Assembly: GCA_035193785.1 (NCBI GenBank)
Contig: CP136572.1
Location: 832,001 to 896,000, forward strand
Reading direction: 5' to 3'
Length of the DNA: 64,000 bases
Source of the DNA: Planktothrix sp. GU0601_MAG3
Lineage (GTDB): Bacteria > Cyanobacteriota > Cyanobacteriia > Cyanobacteriales > Microcoleaceae
The translations under genes and the position numbers were made by a program. Under the pieces are notes generated by a model. The model had not been told where the DNA came from. It did not search any database and saw only the letters and a list, made by a program, of their open reading frames with translations. This document shows, piece by piece, positions 21,492-35,300 of this stretch (position 1 is its first letter; each line of letters opens with the position of its first letter).

Positions 21492-24463
21492 ATGAGATTA
21501 ACTCCGTTTGCCCCCCGTCCCGTCCCCCAAATTAAACCTAAAGTGCGTTTGCGAACAACTCTAGTCGTTACCTTTGTCATTCAAATTGTTGCCGCCGTTG
21601 GATTGGTTGGGTATCTTTCCTTTAGAAATGCTCAAAAAGCCGTTAATACCCTGGCTTCTCAACTTAGAAGCGAACTGAGTGCTCGCATTGAACAGGAACT
21701 CAAAAGCTATTTTGAAAACCCCTATAGACTCAACCAACTCAATAGTCGTGCATTCCTACGGGGGGAAATAGATGTGGCGAATATTGACACCGCCCCACCC
21801 TTGTTAGATCAATTAAAAATATCTCCCCTGCTGTATTCGATTTATTGCGGTAACTCCCAGGGGGAATTTTTAGGGGCGGTGCGAATTTTAGATCAGAAAC
21901 GCCTTGGGTTTGTGGACAGCTAACGCTGAAACCGGACAACATTTATATCTCTACAATATTGATGCCGAGGGACGACCCACCACATTATACAAAGATAGTG
22001 GGGCTATTTATGACCCACGAAAACGCCCTTGGTATGAAAAAGCCCAAACAACGGGGCGTCCGGTCTGGAGTGATATCTATTTAGCCTTCTCCACCGGGCT
22101 ACCCACGGTTACAGCCAGCCAACCGATTTATAATCCCGACACGGGGGAACTTCTGGGGGTTTGCGCCACGGATGTATTACTTCCCGATGATTTCCGTAAA
22201 TTCCTATCGAGTTTAACGATCGGAAAATCCGGTATTGCCTTTGTCAGCGATCGCACTGGTCAGTTACTTTCGAGTTCCACAAATGAAATTCTCACCGTCG
22301 GAAAGGGGAAACAAGCCAAACTCCTCCCCGCAGCCGATAGCCAAAATCCCTTAATTAGAGGGGCGACTCAACAAATTATCCTTCAATATGGCAGTTTTGC
22401 CAACTTAGATCAACCTGTACAAACGGAGTTTCTACTCAATAATCAACGGAAATTTATTCAAGTTTTACCCTTTAAAGACGGTCGGGGATTAGATTGGTTA
22501 ATTGTAGTTGTGATTCCAGAACGGGATTTCATGGATGAAATTAATGCCAATAATCGCCTAACAATTATTTTATGTTTAGTGGCATTAGCGGTCGCAATTT
22601 TAGCGGGTATTGCTACCTCCCGTTGGATCTCTCAACCGATTTTAAAATTAAGTCAAGCTTCCAAAGCCATTGCTCAAGGTCAACTGGATCAACATATTGA
22701 AACTAAAGGGATCACGGAGATTGAAATTTTAGCCAGTTCCTTTAATACCATGACCTATCAACTGCAAGAATCCTTTGCTAAATTAGAGGCAAAAAATGCC
22801 GATTTAGAACAGGCAAAAGAAGCCTTATTCGCAGCTAAGGAACAGTTAGAAGCCGTATTAAATGCCGTACCCGGTTCCATTTCTTGGATGAATGCTGAAG
22901 GGATTTATTTAGGAGTTAATCGTCATCTAGCGGATAATTTAAGTTTGGAAACCGAAGAAATTTTGGGTCAAAAAATTGGATTTTTTGAACAGGGTTCAGA
23001 CTATGTTAAATTTCTGCATCAGTTTCTGGAAAGTCCTGAACAGTCAGCCTCCCAAATTCTGCCAATTATCCAAAATAATCAACGGCGTTACTATTTAATT
23101 GTGGTGCAGAAATATCAGCAAGGTTCGGCTTCCGTTGCCGTGGGAATTGATATTACCGAACGTCGGCAAGCGGAGGAAGCCCTGAGAATTGCGGAGGAGA
23201 ACTATCGCAGTATTTATGAGAATGCCTTAGAAGGGATTTTTCAATATCATCCTGAACATTCCTATATTAATGTTAATCCCTCCATGGCGCGGATTTATGG
23301 TTATGATTCTCCCCAGGCTTTGATGGAGATTCTACAGGATTCTAGTTATTCTTTATATGTACAAATGGAACGGCATCAGGAATTTATTAATTTAATGGAG
23401 GAACAGGAAACGGTTTCTAACTTTGAATTTCAAATTTATCGTGCAGATCGACATAAAATTTGGATTTCTGCCAGTGCTAAACCCGTCTTTAATCCCGGGG
23501 GGAATTTACTCTATTATCAGGGATTTATTGCCGATATTACGGAACGAAAAAAAGCTGAAGTTGAGCGTCAACAGTTTATTGAGGAACTATTTGAAGTTAA
23601 TAGTAATTTAGAAGTTGCAATGCAAACTCAGTTAGAATTAACGGAAGCCGCCACTCGTTTTGTCCCCCAACAATTTCTCTCTCTCCTGGGGTATAACAGT
23701 ATCGCCGAGGTGAAATTAGGAGAGGGAGTACAACATGAAATGTCTATTTTATTTTCCGATATTCGCGACTTTACAGCCCTTTCAGAAAAGATGACCCCGG
23801 AAGATAATTTCCAATTTATTAACTCCTATCTTTCCCGTATGGAACCTGCAATTACCCAACATCAAGGGTTTATTGATAAATATATTGGTGATGCAATTAT
23901 GGCGTTATTTAATGGGGGTGCGGATGATGCTATTAAAGCAGGAATTACCATGTTACAAGAACTGGTGGAATATAATAGTCACCGGGGGCGACCCGACCGA
24001 CCGACCGTATCTATTGGAATTGGAATTAATACGGGATCTTTAATGTTGGGAAACCGTGGGCGGAGAAAATCGTATGGATAGTACGGTAATTAGTGATGCG
24101 GTGAATTTAGCCTCTCGAATTGAAGGGTTAACCAAATATTTTGGCGTGCCGTTATTAATTTCTGAATATACGTTAAAGGCGTTAAAAGATCCTAGTTTAT
24201 ATGGTATTCGGTTAATGGGTCGGGTTAATGTGAAAGGGAAATCGGAAATGGTGTCTGTTTTTGAAGTATTTGATGCGGATTTACCTACAATTAAAGCTGG
24301 AAAATTAGCAACCAAAACTCTATTTGAAAAAGCGGTTTCCCTTTATAATATTGAAAATTATCAGGAGGCAATTAAAGCATTTGAGGATTGTTTAGTCTTA
24401 AATCCCATTGACCGAGTGGCTAAATTTTATTTAGAACACATCCGTAATCAAATGTCATTTTAA
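21492..24463 (+). CDS. Membrane sensor class III adenylate/guanylate cyclase (dCache-HAMP-PAS-PAS-cyclase); insertions at ~21898 and ~24052
   Basis: YDPRKRPWY Cache motif; HAMP; two PAS domains (DITER); ILFSDIRDFT, DKYIGDAIMALF, GIGINTG and DAVNLASRIEG. Confidence 0.9.
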
Positions 24464-24505
24464 CTACCCATCAACAAATGGAAAAGTTATGTTTGCCTAA
24501 ATCAA

Positions 24506-24533
24506 GTGGGGGCAAATGACCATTCGCCCCTAC
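24506..24533. repeat. REP hairpin between convergent genes
   Basis: GTGGGGGCAAATGACCATTCGCCCCTAC, a variant of 526-553. Confidence 0.65.
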
Positions 24534-24580
24534 CGCTTGATGTTAGAAGTTGGACTTGTGAACAGAGAAGTGTAGGTAGT

Positions 24581-25613
24581 TCATTTACTAATAAAATGTA
24601 CCCAAAAATCCCCATCGGGCATACAAACTCGACGGATTAAATTGTAGGAATAGGGTAAATAAGCACCACTCAAATCCGTGCGATATCCCGAGGGAAACCA
24701 TTCTCCATAGGGGTCATGTACCAGTAGGTTTTTTTCGTCATAACCCACCACGGGCATAATATGACCAAAGGCGGTAAAATAACCGTGAAGTACCGCCGGT
24801 TTACCATCGGCTAACCAGTCTTGTAATTCCTCTAGGGTTGCCCGGTCTGAAAAGAAATCTTTGGCCCCATAATCTCTAACAATTTTGGCTAAATCGTAGG
24901 GACTCCAGCGACTATAACCCTTTTTGATGGCATATTCATAGAGTTCATCTTCAAACTGACCGCCACTGCTACGCCGAGGAATGCCCAAATATTGCAAACA
25001 CATGGCGATGGAAGTAACATTACAAGACCCGGTGGGATTATAAAAGTTATCCAGTTGGGATTTATAGGAAAAATTGGCGAGTTTGATACTTTTAGGACGG
25101 GGTTTAGGATAAACTAAATTTTTCCCTTGATAAATTTCGCCGTGTTGGTCAAATACATACCAAATTGATTGTTCTCCAAATTCATCTCCCCGAAAAGCGA
25201 CTCTAATATGACCGCGTAGGGGTTTCATAAGCTATAAGTTTGAATTCTTGACCAGCTTTTACGCCTTTTTTCTCCGTTTCACTTAATTGGGAAGATGTCA
25301 CGGGTCTGAGTTTTAAAATTGTTTCTTTGGTGATTTTAAGAACCGGAACATCCGTGGGAAGTTGTTCCCGTTTGGTTTCAATTAATTTTTTGGCGGTTTT
25401 TGCCCCTAAAAATCCGGGTTCGTCACATTCCATTAAGGTTTGAAACCGATGTAGGGCGGCGGTGGATTTCTGCCCAAAACTGCCATCTGCTGGGGGATCA
25501 AGCAAGGTCAAATTAATTAGAATCACCTGAGTTTGGCGGGTTAATTCCTGATCCGAGGCGATCGCATTGATATCATAACGTTGTTCGGTTCCTAAAATGT
25601 CTTGTAATTTCAT
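24581..25613 (-). CDS. Peptidoglycan-binding domain + C39-like cysteine peptidase; insertion at ~25224
   Basis: DGSFGQKSTAALHRFQ PG-binding motif; YKSQLDN...GSCNVTS, GHIM..VGYD and VHDPYG. Confidence 0.8.
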
Positions 25614-25942
25614 ATTCACTAATAAATGCTGTAACTTTAAGGTCTAACAAAAATCAACGATAATGGCAATAACTTGATGCCGATGTTCTCAGTTTAACGT
25701 CTGAATTTGCCTAACAATTTCAGACGTTATTGATTATTGCGTAGATTTAGCAGAATTGGATAGCCCCTGATTAAAATTAACAATTCTCAACCATTCAAAA
25801 AAGGGGGAATAACTCATGATGGGGATAATACCCTAACGGTGGTTGTTAACTTCAGACTATGGCAATCCGTTGGGGAATCATCCTATTGTCTTGTGGGGGT
25901 TTGCCCCGGGACTCCCCCCGACTTTTGGTTAAGATGATGGAA

Positions 25943-26816
25943 TTAATTACTAACTTTTAAACTTTGGATTTTAGGTTCAGGTACACCCCAACTTTTGAGA
26001 ATATTATAGGCAATAATTTGATGTCCGGCAATATTGGGGTGAATCCCATCCCTAGTTAATAGATTTTGTCCCTGTCCCCCATAACGTTGATAGGTGATAA
26101 TGACATGGCGAAAGGGAATATTTAAGTCAATAAATTGACAGCGATATTGCAAGGCAACGTCCCGCATTATCGCGATATATTCGGCAATACGTTGATTTTC
26201 TCGACTACTGAGATCTTCCTGAATAATAGTAGGTGATAATAATAAAACTGGAATAGCTTTTGAGGTGGCTACCTGTACCATTGTGGTTAAATTTTGCCGA
26301 TATTCTTGGGCGGTGGGAACATTTGGTCTTGCGGTCGTTGGGGTTTGGAAACTTTGTAAAACATCATTTACCCCAATATTAATTGTAATTAAATCTGGTT
26401 TTTTATCTAAAACATCTTGTTTAAATCGTTCATTTAGTTGGGTTGAAGTATTCCCAGAAATACCTGAACTGATGATTTCAACGGGTTGATTAGGATAGAG
26501 TAGATTCAAATAGCGCTGTAATAGCCAGACATAACCTCCATATTGTCCTCCACTTTGAGTAATGCTATCCCCAACCATCACAATTCGCTGTTTATTGCGT
26601 AGGGCTTCGGGTAGGGCTTCGGGTAGGGGTTCGATAATCGGTTGAGGGGATACGGTCGGTTTAGGGACTGAAGACGGACGAGGAGTTGAGGCGGGAGGAA
26701 GATTGGGGGATGGTGCGGCTTGTATGCGTAAGGATGCGGCTAGAGCATACCATCCGAAACCACCGATTGTAAGGGTAACGAGAAATCGGACTACAAATGT
26801 CTGAAACCTGTTTCAT
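25943..26816 (-). CDS. SGNH/GDSL hydrolase with N-terminal signal and Pro-rich region; insertion at ~26805-26813
   Basis: GDSIT, GISGN, IGVND and DGIHPN motifs; frame open upstream to near ATG 26816. Confidence 0.85.
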
Positions 26817-27270
26817 CTGTGAGTAGTGTTATGGGAAGTTACAGCAAGGATAATTCAGTTATCAAGTATCCGCATTATCGGTTATCAGTGCAATAGTTAA
26901 TATTTAATCAACTGTTTACTTCTCAATCCTGATATCACCCCCCAAAGTGCTTTAATTCAAAAACTGAATCAATCGTTTGACAGTAAAATTTACCTAAATA
27001 AAACTTCACAGCGTTTTAATATTTATATTCCGCCTAAAGGGTTGAGACAATTATTTAAGATGGCAATGAAGATGTGTCAATCTTATATACTTTATGGAAA
27101 TAGAACACTCAAAATATGAGGTGGTAATTCGCACCACGGCCCAAACCCATAAAATTAGCCAAGTATTTACGATCTAGGAATGGGCCTGGTTAACCCAGGA
27201 AATCCAAGACTGGCTTGCTCCTTGGTGAACCCGGAAACGAGCTATTTCCGGCCCAAGAACTACTAAACAA

Positions 27271-27362
27271 CGGAGAGGGAGGGATTCGAACCCTCGGTAC
27301 GGAGTTACCTGCCGTACAACAGATTAGCAATCTGTCGCTTTCGACCGCTCAGCCACCTCTCC
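27271..27362 (-). tRNA. tRNA-Ser(GCT)
   Basis: GGAGAGGTGGCTGAGCGGTCGAAAGCG-ACAGATT-GCT-AATCTGT, long variable arm, GAGGGTTCGAATCCCTCCCTCTCCG; CCA not encoded. Confidence 0.97.
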
Positions 27363-27577
27363 AGGAGTGACAATTAAATATACTAACAGATCATTTAGGG
27401 TCTGTCTAGGGGTAAAAGTAAAAAAGTTGGGAGCGATCGCAATTTAGGCTGATTATCCCAGGGACTTCACCCCCAGACTCCTTTGTGAAGGAAAGGAAAC
27501 AAATCACCCCCATCACGACTAGAAAAAACAAGATAGACTGTTGATTAACCCTTTTCGGCCTTGTTCCAAGCTGTCCC

Positions 27578-29312
27578 ATGAACAGACAAGAATTTTTAGA
27601 TCGGTACCAAGCGGGAGAGCGCAATTTTACTTATATTGATTTAAGTGAGGTCAACCTAAGCGGTGTCAATTTGCAGGAGATTAACCTCACGGGCGCGAAA
27701 CCTCACGGGGGTTAACCTCAGTTGGGCGGTACTAAGCAAAACTCAATTAGTGGGAGTGTGTTTTCGTCGGGCTGACTTACGCAGTACGGTATTAACCCAG
27801 AGTAATCTGAATCAAAGCAATTTAAGTGGTGCAAATCTGACGAAGGCGGACTTACGATTTGCCACTTTACAACAGGCGGATTTGAATTGGGCGGTTTTAA
27901 CTGAAGCGGATTTAAGCAATGCGGATTTAACGGGCGCGAAATTGGATCAGATTAATTTAGAACAGGCAAAATTAAATCATGCTGTATTAATCGGTGCAGA
28001 ATTAATGGAGGCGAATTTAACCCGGGCAAGTTTAGTAGCGACAAATTTGACCCAGGCAAATTTACGAGAATCTCAGTTAGCGGGGGCTAATTTAAAAGAT
28101 GCAATTTTGATTCAAGCCAACCTCACGGAAGCAGACTTAAATGGTGCTACCTTAAGGTCTACGAATTTAACGGGGGCGGATATGCACCGAGTTGTATTAA
28201 CGGGGGCAGATTTAACTGATGCGGTTCTTGATGGGGCGGATTTAAGTCGAGGAAATTTAACCGGGGCTTATTTATTAAAAACCAGTTTTAAAAAGGCTTA
28301 TTTATTACGGGCAAATTTAGAGGAAGTTTATCTGCTTTGGTCGAATTTAACCGAGGCAAATTTAAGGGGGGCAAACCTTCGTCGGGCAGATTTAAGCGGA
28401 GCTTATTTGGGGGATGCGATTTTAAGCGAGGCGGATTTGCGAGATACTTTATTAATTGAAAGTCGCTTAATTAGAACAAATTTAGAGGGGGCAAAATTAA
28501 CGGGATGTTGTATTTATAATTGGCAAAAATCAGATGTTGAATTGAATAAAGTAGAGTGTGAATATGTTTATACTGAGTTTGATTATACAAATAAAAAACC
28601 CAAAAATCGTTATCCCATTGGTCGGGATTTTTTACCCGGAGAATTAGCTCAAGATTCCCCAGAAGATAGCCAGTTAATTCCGGTGGAATTTGCCGAATAT
28701 CCCAATTGGGAAGCCTTAATTTATACTTTAGTGAAAGTGGAACAGGAGAGTCATGAACTTGAGTTGAGCATCCAAGGATTTGAAACCCAACCGGATAGTT
28801 TTTTACTGCATATTAGGGCAAATTATTTAGTCAATGCTAAACTTCTGAGTCAAAAGATTTTAAAGTCCTATCCAGCAATGAAACAGAAACTTGTACAGAA
28901 GCGATCGGACATTTTGGGGTTATTAAATTTGGAGGTTCCTATTTTTAATGCGGCGGTAGATTTGGATGGAATTCCTGAAGCGGTGATTCCTCCTGTTGCA
29001 GTTGAAGGGAATAACCATCAAACTTTGTATCAAGAAGTTTCTCGTCAAATTCAAGGGATTTTGCGATCGCAGGAACCAGAAAAATTTGTGGTTAGTGTCC
29101 AAAGATTATTAGATTTCCTGGCTAAAAATGGTGTGGAACTTGAGGATCTTCAACATCAAGTTATTATTCAAGGTATTGTGCAACGCGCCCAACAAGAACC
29201 TCTATTTAAAGAGAATTTATTCCGTTGGGAACAGGTCGCCAGTCCAACGGAAAGACTTTCTTTGATGGGGGAATTAGTTAGATTTGCGATCGCCCTTTTA
29301 TGGGAAGAATAA
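27578..29312 (+). CDS. Pentapeptide repeat protein; insertion at ~27699
   Basis: MNRQEFLDRYQAGERNF start typical of the family; long A(D/N)Lxx run; C-terminal helical region. Confidence 0.88.
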
Positions 29313-29344
29313 ATTGATTTTTTGATCGCCATAGTTTAAACTCT

Positions 29345-32300
29345 CTAAACAAAATCACGACTATCTAACTCCATAGCTGCAATTTTTCGTAAAATCATAA
29401 GATAGGTTTCCATCGGACTTGAGTTGGATGACCGTATCCTGATTCCATTCATTGATTCCTTGGGTAATATTTAATTGTTCAAAGGTTAAACCGAAAGGTA
29501 ATTCTATTTTATCTTCTGTTAGTTTAAAATCGGTAACAATATCGGCTTTATTTAGAAATTGAGTTCCCAGATAATTACTTATTACAAACACATCATTTCC
29601 GATATATCCGGTTAAGGTATCGACGCCTTCTCCCCCATCTAAGCGATCATTTCCCAAGTCTCCAAATAGTTGATCATTTCCTTCTTTTCCATATAAACGA
29701 TCATTTCCCTCGCCTCCAAATAGAATATCATCTCCGATTCCCCCGTCGATAAAATCCGTTCCATTTCCCCCAATTAGTAAGTCATTTCCGGCTTCTCCCA
29801 TGAGACCATCAGCGCCTTTTTGACCTAAAATCATATCATTCCCGCCTTTACCCATTAACTGATCATTTCCGTCTCGTCCATAGATAATATCATCAGTTTC
29901 TGAGGCTTGAGTTTGATTGTCCTTGTCGGTTAAACCTATAATATTATCCGAAGATAAATTGGGTTCTTCGCCTAAATTATCGTTGTCTTCTATATTAAAT
30001 ATTAGTTGTTTTTCTAAGGCGTTATAGCGACTATCTTGACTGTTAGTAATATGGTTAATTGATAATGAGAGTTGTTCGTCTTCTATGACCTGATCTTCGA
30101 CCCCTTCTATTTTAACAAATTGAGGAATACTCCAGTTATTTGATGTAAAGGTAAGAGTGGGTTGATCACCAGTGATTTGTGTGCCATAATTGATAGCGAT
30201 CGCAACATTAGCCGTTGGTTCACTGTCTAAGACTACTTTATAAATATCAAACCCAAATCCTTCCCAAACTTCTGTCGTATTGGCGGGTTGAATCAAACGG
30301 ATATTGGCTGTTCCAGGGGGTAGGGGTTTGTCATTTTCAGTAATATCAACCGTCAGAAAATAAGTTTCTACTTGATCAATAAAAATAGGAGTATTGCTGT
30401 TATAATTGTTATCAGAACTACTGATAGAATGTACTAGAGTGCTAGTATGAATTTTATCCTCAACTATGCTATCATCAATAGCATTAACCGTTACTAATTG
30501 AGGGCTATTCCAATTGTCCGGGGTAAAGGTTAATTCAATCGGGTTATCTTCTCCATTTCCTAAGTCTGTTTGACTATCGGGGGTGATTTTAACGATAACA
30601 TTTGCTGTCGGTTGGCTGGTAAGAATCACTTCATAAAAATCTGTGACTCCTTCTTCAGTGATATTTGTACTTCCTTGGCTTTGGGTAATTTTAATAGAGG
30701 GGATATCATTATCATTAACCGTGGCGGTGATATCAGAAATAGGTACTCCAATATATTGAGGATCGGTTGTATTAAGGGTATGGCGAATAATTGTGGTTTG
30801 AGGAGATTCGGCGATCGCATCATCAACGGTTTGGACTTCAATAGTTTGGGGTTGATTCCAATTATTTTGGTCAAAAGTTAGGGGTGAAATGGTTTGTAAT
30901 TGGTTTTCTGTTTCAAAATTAATAGTTACAGGATTATTAGGTTTTGCGCTTAAACTAATTTGATAGGTTGCATTTTCTTCACCTTCTGTTAAAGTCAGAT
31001 TAGTAGGATTAATTGAAATCTTTGCGGGAAAATCGTCATCCTGAATTTCCACCAAAACCGAATTTATTGTTAATTGGTTATAACTGGGTTCAGAAACTGG
31101 TAATTTGATGAGTAATATTGGTACTGCGATCGCCTTCTAATAGTTGATTATCTACTACCTTAACCAGCACCGTTTGAGGAATATTCCAATTGCTTTGATC
31201 AAAAGTAATTTCTGGAATAGGTTCAAGTTCTTTATCCGTATTAAAACTAATAGTAATGGGTTCAATGGGTTCTGTTGTTAACACAATAGAATAATTATTA
31301 TTACTCCCTTCTATAATCTTTAAAATATTCGGATTAATCAAAATATTAGCAGTATCATCATCTATATTGGTAAAAGTAATATTTTTTTTCGGTAAATTGC
31401 TATATTGACTTTCACTATTTTGAGCTATACTGGTGATAATAGAATAAGAAATATTTCCATCTTGAACATCATCATCGACTCCAGTGACGGTCACAAGTTG
31501 AGAGATACTCCAATTATTAGGAGTAAAGGTAATACTGTCCGTTGATAAACTTCCTTCCGTGGTGTCATTATTAGTCAGACTAACGAGAACATCTGATGTG
31601 GGTTGAGAATTTAAAGTTATCTCAAAACTTCCCGTGTCTCCGTCTTCGCTGGTGAGGGTGTCTAGGGAATTAATATTAATTCCAATACTATCGTTATCTT
31701 GGTTAATAAAATTTAGGGTATCGGCGGGTAAATTAATATATTTGCTATCACTACTGGGGTTAATACTGGTAATAATAGAATAAGGGATATTTCCATCTTG
31801 AATATTATCATTAACTCCGATAACGGTAACGAGTTGAGGGGTACTCCAATTATTAGGAGTAAAGGTAATATTGGGAGTTGATAAACTTCCTTCCGTGGTG
31901 TCATTATTAGTCAGACTAACGAGGACATCTGATGTGGGTTGAGAATTTAAAGTTATCTCAAAACTCCCCGTGTCTCCGTCTTCGCTGGTGAGGGTGTCTA
32001 GGGAATTAATATTAATTCCAATACTATCGTTATCTTGGTTAATAAAATTTAGGGTGTGGGGGGGTAAGGTGGTATATTTGCTATCACTATTGGGGCTAAT
32101 ACTGGTAATAATAGAATAAGGTATATCTCCATCTTGAATATTATCATTAACTCCGGTAACGGTAACGAGTTGAGGGGTACTCCAATTATTAGGAGTAAAG
32201 GTAATATTGGGAGTTGATAAACTTCCTTCCGTGGTGTCATTATTAGTCAGACTAACGAGAACATCTGATGTGGGTTGGGAGGTTAAAACTAGATTGAAAT

Positions 32301-35300
32301 TTCCGGTGTCTCCGGCTTCGGATGTTAGGGTGTCGGAGGTAGTTAGGTTAATACCAATACTATCGTTATCTTGGTTAATAAAATTTAGGGTATCGGCGGG
32401 TAAATTAATATATTTGCTATCACTATTGGGGTTAATACTGGTAATAATAGAATAAGGGATATTTCCATCTTGAATATTATCATTAACTCCGGTAACGGTA
32501 ACGAGTTTGGGGGTACTCCAATTATTAGGAGTAAAGGTAATATTGGGAGTTGATAAACTTCCTTCCGTGGTGTCATTATTAGTCAGACTAACGAGAACAT
32601 CTGATGTGGGTTGGGAGGTTAAAACTAGATTGAAATTTCCGGTGTCTCCGGCTTCGGATGTTAGGGTGTCGGAGGTAGTTAGGTTAATACCAATACTATC
32701 GTTATCTTGGTTGATTAAGTTTATGGTTTGGGGGGGTAAATCAATATATTTGCTATCACTACTGGGGTTAATACTGGTAATAATAGAATAACTAATATCC
32801 CCATCTTGAATATTATCATTAACTCCGGTAACGGTAACGAGTTGAGGGGTACTCCAATTATTAGGAGTAAAGGTAATACTGTCCGTTGATAAACTTCCTT
32901 CGAGGGTGTCACTATTATTGAGACTAATTAGAACATCTGATGTGGGTTGAGAATTTAAAGTTATCTCAAAACTCCCCGTGTCTCCGTCTTCGCTGGTGAG
33001 GGTGTCTAGGGAATTAATATTAATACCAATACTATCGTTATCGTGGTTAATAAAATTTAGGGTATCGGCGGGTAAATTAATATATTTGCTATCACTATTG
33101 GGGTTAATACTGGTAATAATAGAATAAGGGATATTTCCATCTTGAATATTATCATCAACTCCGGTAATAGTAACGAGTTGGGGGGTACTCCAATTATTAG
33201 GAGTAAAGGTAATACTGTCCGTTGATAAACTTCCTTCGAGGGTGTCACTATTATTGAGACTAATTAGAACATCTGATGTGGGTTGAGAATTTAAAGTTAT
33301 CTCAAAACTCCCCGTGTCTCCGTCTTCGCTGGTGAGGGTGTCTAGGGAATTAATATTAATACCAATACTATCGTTATCTTGGTTAATAAAATTTAGGGTA
33401 TCGGGGGGTAAGGTGGTATATTGGCTATCGCTACTGGGGTCAATACTGCTAATAATAGAATAAGGTATATCTCCATCTTGAATATTATCATTAACTCCGG
33501 TAACGGTAACGAGTTGAGGGGTACTCCAATTATTAGGAGTAAAGGTAATATTAGGAGTTGATAAACTTCCTTCCGTGGTGTCATTATTAGTCAGACTAAC
33601 GAGAACATCTGATGTGGGTTGGGAGGTTAAAACTAGATTGAAATTGGCGGTGTCTCCGGCTTCGGATGTTAGGGTGTCGGAGGTAGTTAGGTTAATACCA
33701 ATACTATCGTTATCTTGGTTGATTAAGTTTATGGTTTGGGGGGGTAAATCAATATATTTGCTATCACTACTGGGGTTAATACTGGTAATAATAGAATAAC
33801 TAATATCCCCATCTTGAATATTATCATTAACTCCGGTAACGGTAACGAGTTGGGGGGTACTCCAATTATTAGGAGTAAAGGTAATATTAGGAGTGGATAA
33901 ACTTCCTTCAGTGGTGTCATTATTAGTCAGACTAACGAGAACGTCTGAGGTGGGTTGGGAGGTTAAAACTAGATTAAAATTGGCGGTGTCTCCGGCTTCG
34001 GATGTCAGGGTGTCGGAGGTGGTTAGGTTAATACCAATACTATCGTTATCTTGGTTAATGAAATTTATGGTTTGGGGGGGTAAGGTGGTATATTTGCTAT
34101 CACTATTGGGGCTAATACTGGTAATGATAGAATAAGGTATATCTCCATCTTGAATATTATCATTAACTCCGGTAATAGTAACGAGTTGAGGGGTACTCCA
34201 ATTATTAGGAGTAAAGGTAAGGCTGGAAGTGGATAAACTTCCTTCCGTGGTGTCATTATTAGTCAGACTAACGAGAACGTCTGATGTGGGTTGGGAGGTT
34301 AAAACTAGATTGAAATTTCCGGTGTCTCCGGCTTCGGATGTTAGGGTATCGGAGGTAGTTAGGTTAATACCAATACTATCGTTATCTTGGTTAATAAAAT
34401 TTAGGGTGTCGGCGGGTAAATTGATATATTTGCTATCACTACTGGGGCTAATACTGGTAATAATAGAATAAGGTATATCTCCATCTTGAATATTATCATT
34501 AACTCCGGTAACGGTAACGAGTTTGGGGGTACTCCAATTATTAGGAGTAAAGGTAATACTGTCCGTTGATAAACTTCCTTCCGTGGTGTCATTATTAGTC
34601 AGACTAACGAGGACATCTGATGTGGGTTGGGAGGTTAAAACTAGATTGAAATTTCCCGTGTCTCCGTCTTCGCTGGTGAGGGTGTCTAGGGAATTAATAT
34701 TAATTCCAATACTATCGTTATCTTGGTTAATAAAATTTAGGGTGTCGGGGGGGAAATTGATATAGTTGCTATCACTATTGGGGTTAATACTGGTAATAAT
34801 AGAATAAGGTATATCTCCATCTTGAATATTATCATTAACTCCGGTAACGGTAACGAGTTGGGGGGTACTCCAATTATTAGGAGTAAAGGTAATATTAGGA
34901 GTTGATAAACTTCCTTCCGTGGTGTCATTATTAGTCAGACTAACGAGAACATCTGAGGTGGGTTGGGAAGTTAAAACTAGATTGAAATTTCCGGTGTCTC
35001 CGGCTTCGGATGTTAGGGTGTCGGAGGTGGTTAGGTTAATACCAATACTATCATTATCTATAATATTAACTGGAACTGTGTTTCCCGCTATTCCATCAAC
35101 TGTAAAAGGAAGATTTGGGTTATTATAATTTGGATCTAAACTTGAGCCAGAATGGGTGATAATACTGGTGTGATTTCCTTCAGCGACACTATCATTAATC
35201 CCAATAAAATTAACGGTTTTAGCATTTAATGCGGTATCATCGGGATTGAAGTTTAGGGTAATAGGAACTCCTGCACCTGCACCTAAATCAATTTCAGCAT

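Noticed and set aside
27271..27362. tRNA-Ser as integration site of a genomic island
   Set aside because: No integrase and no duplicated tRNA 3' end seen in the window
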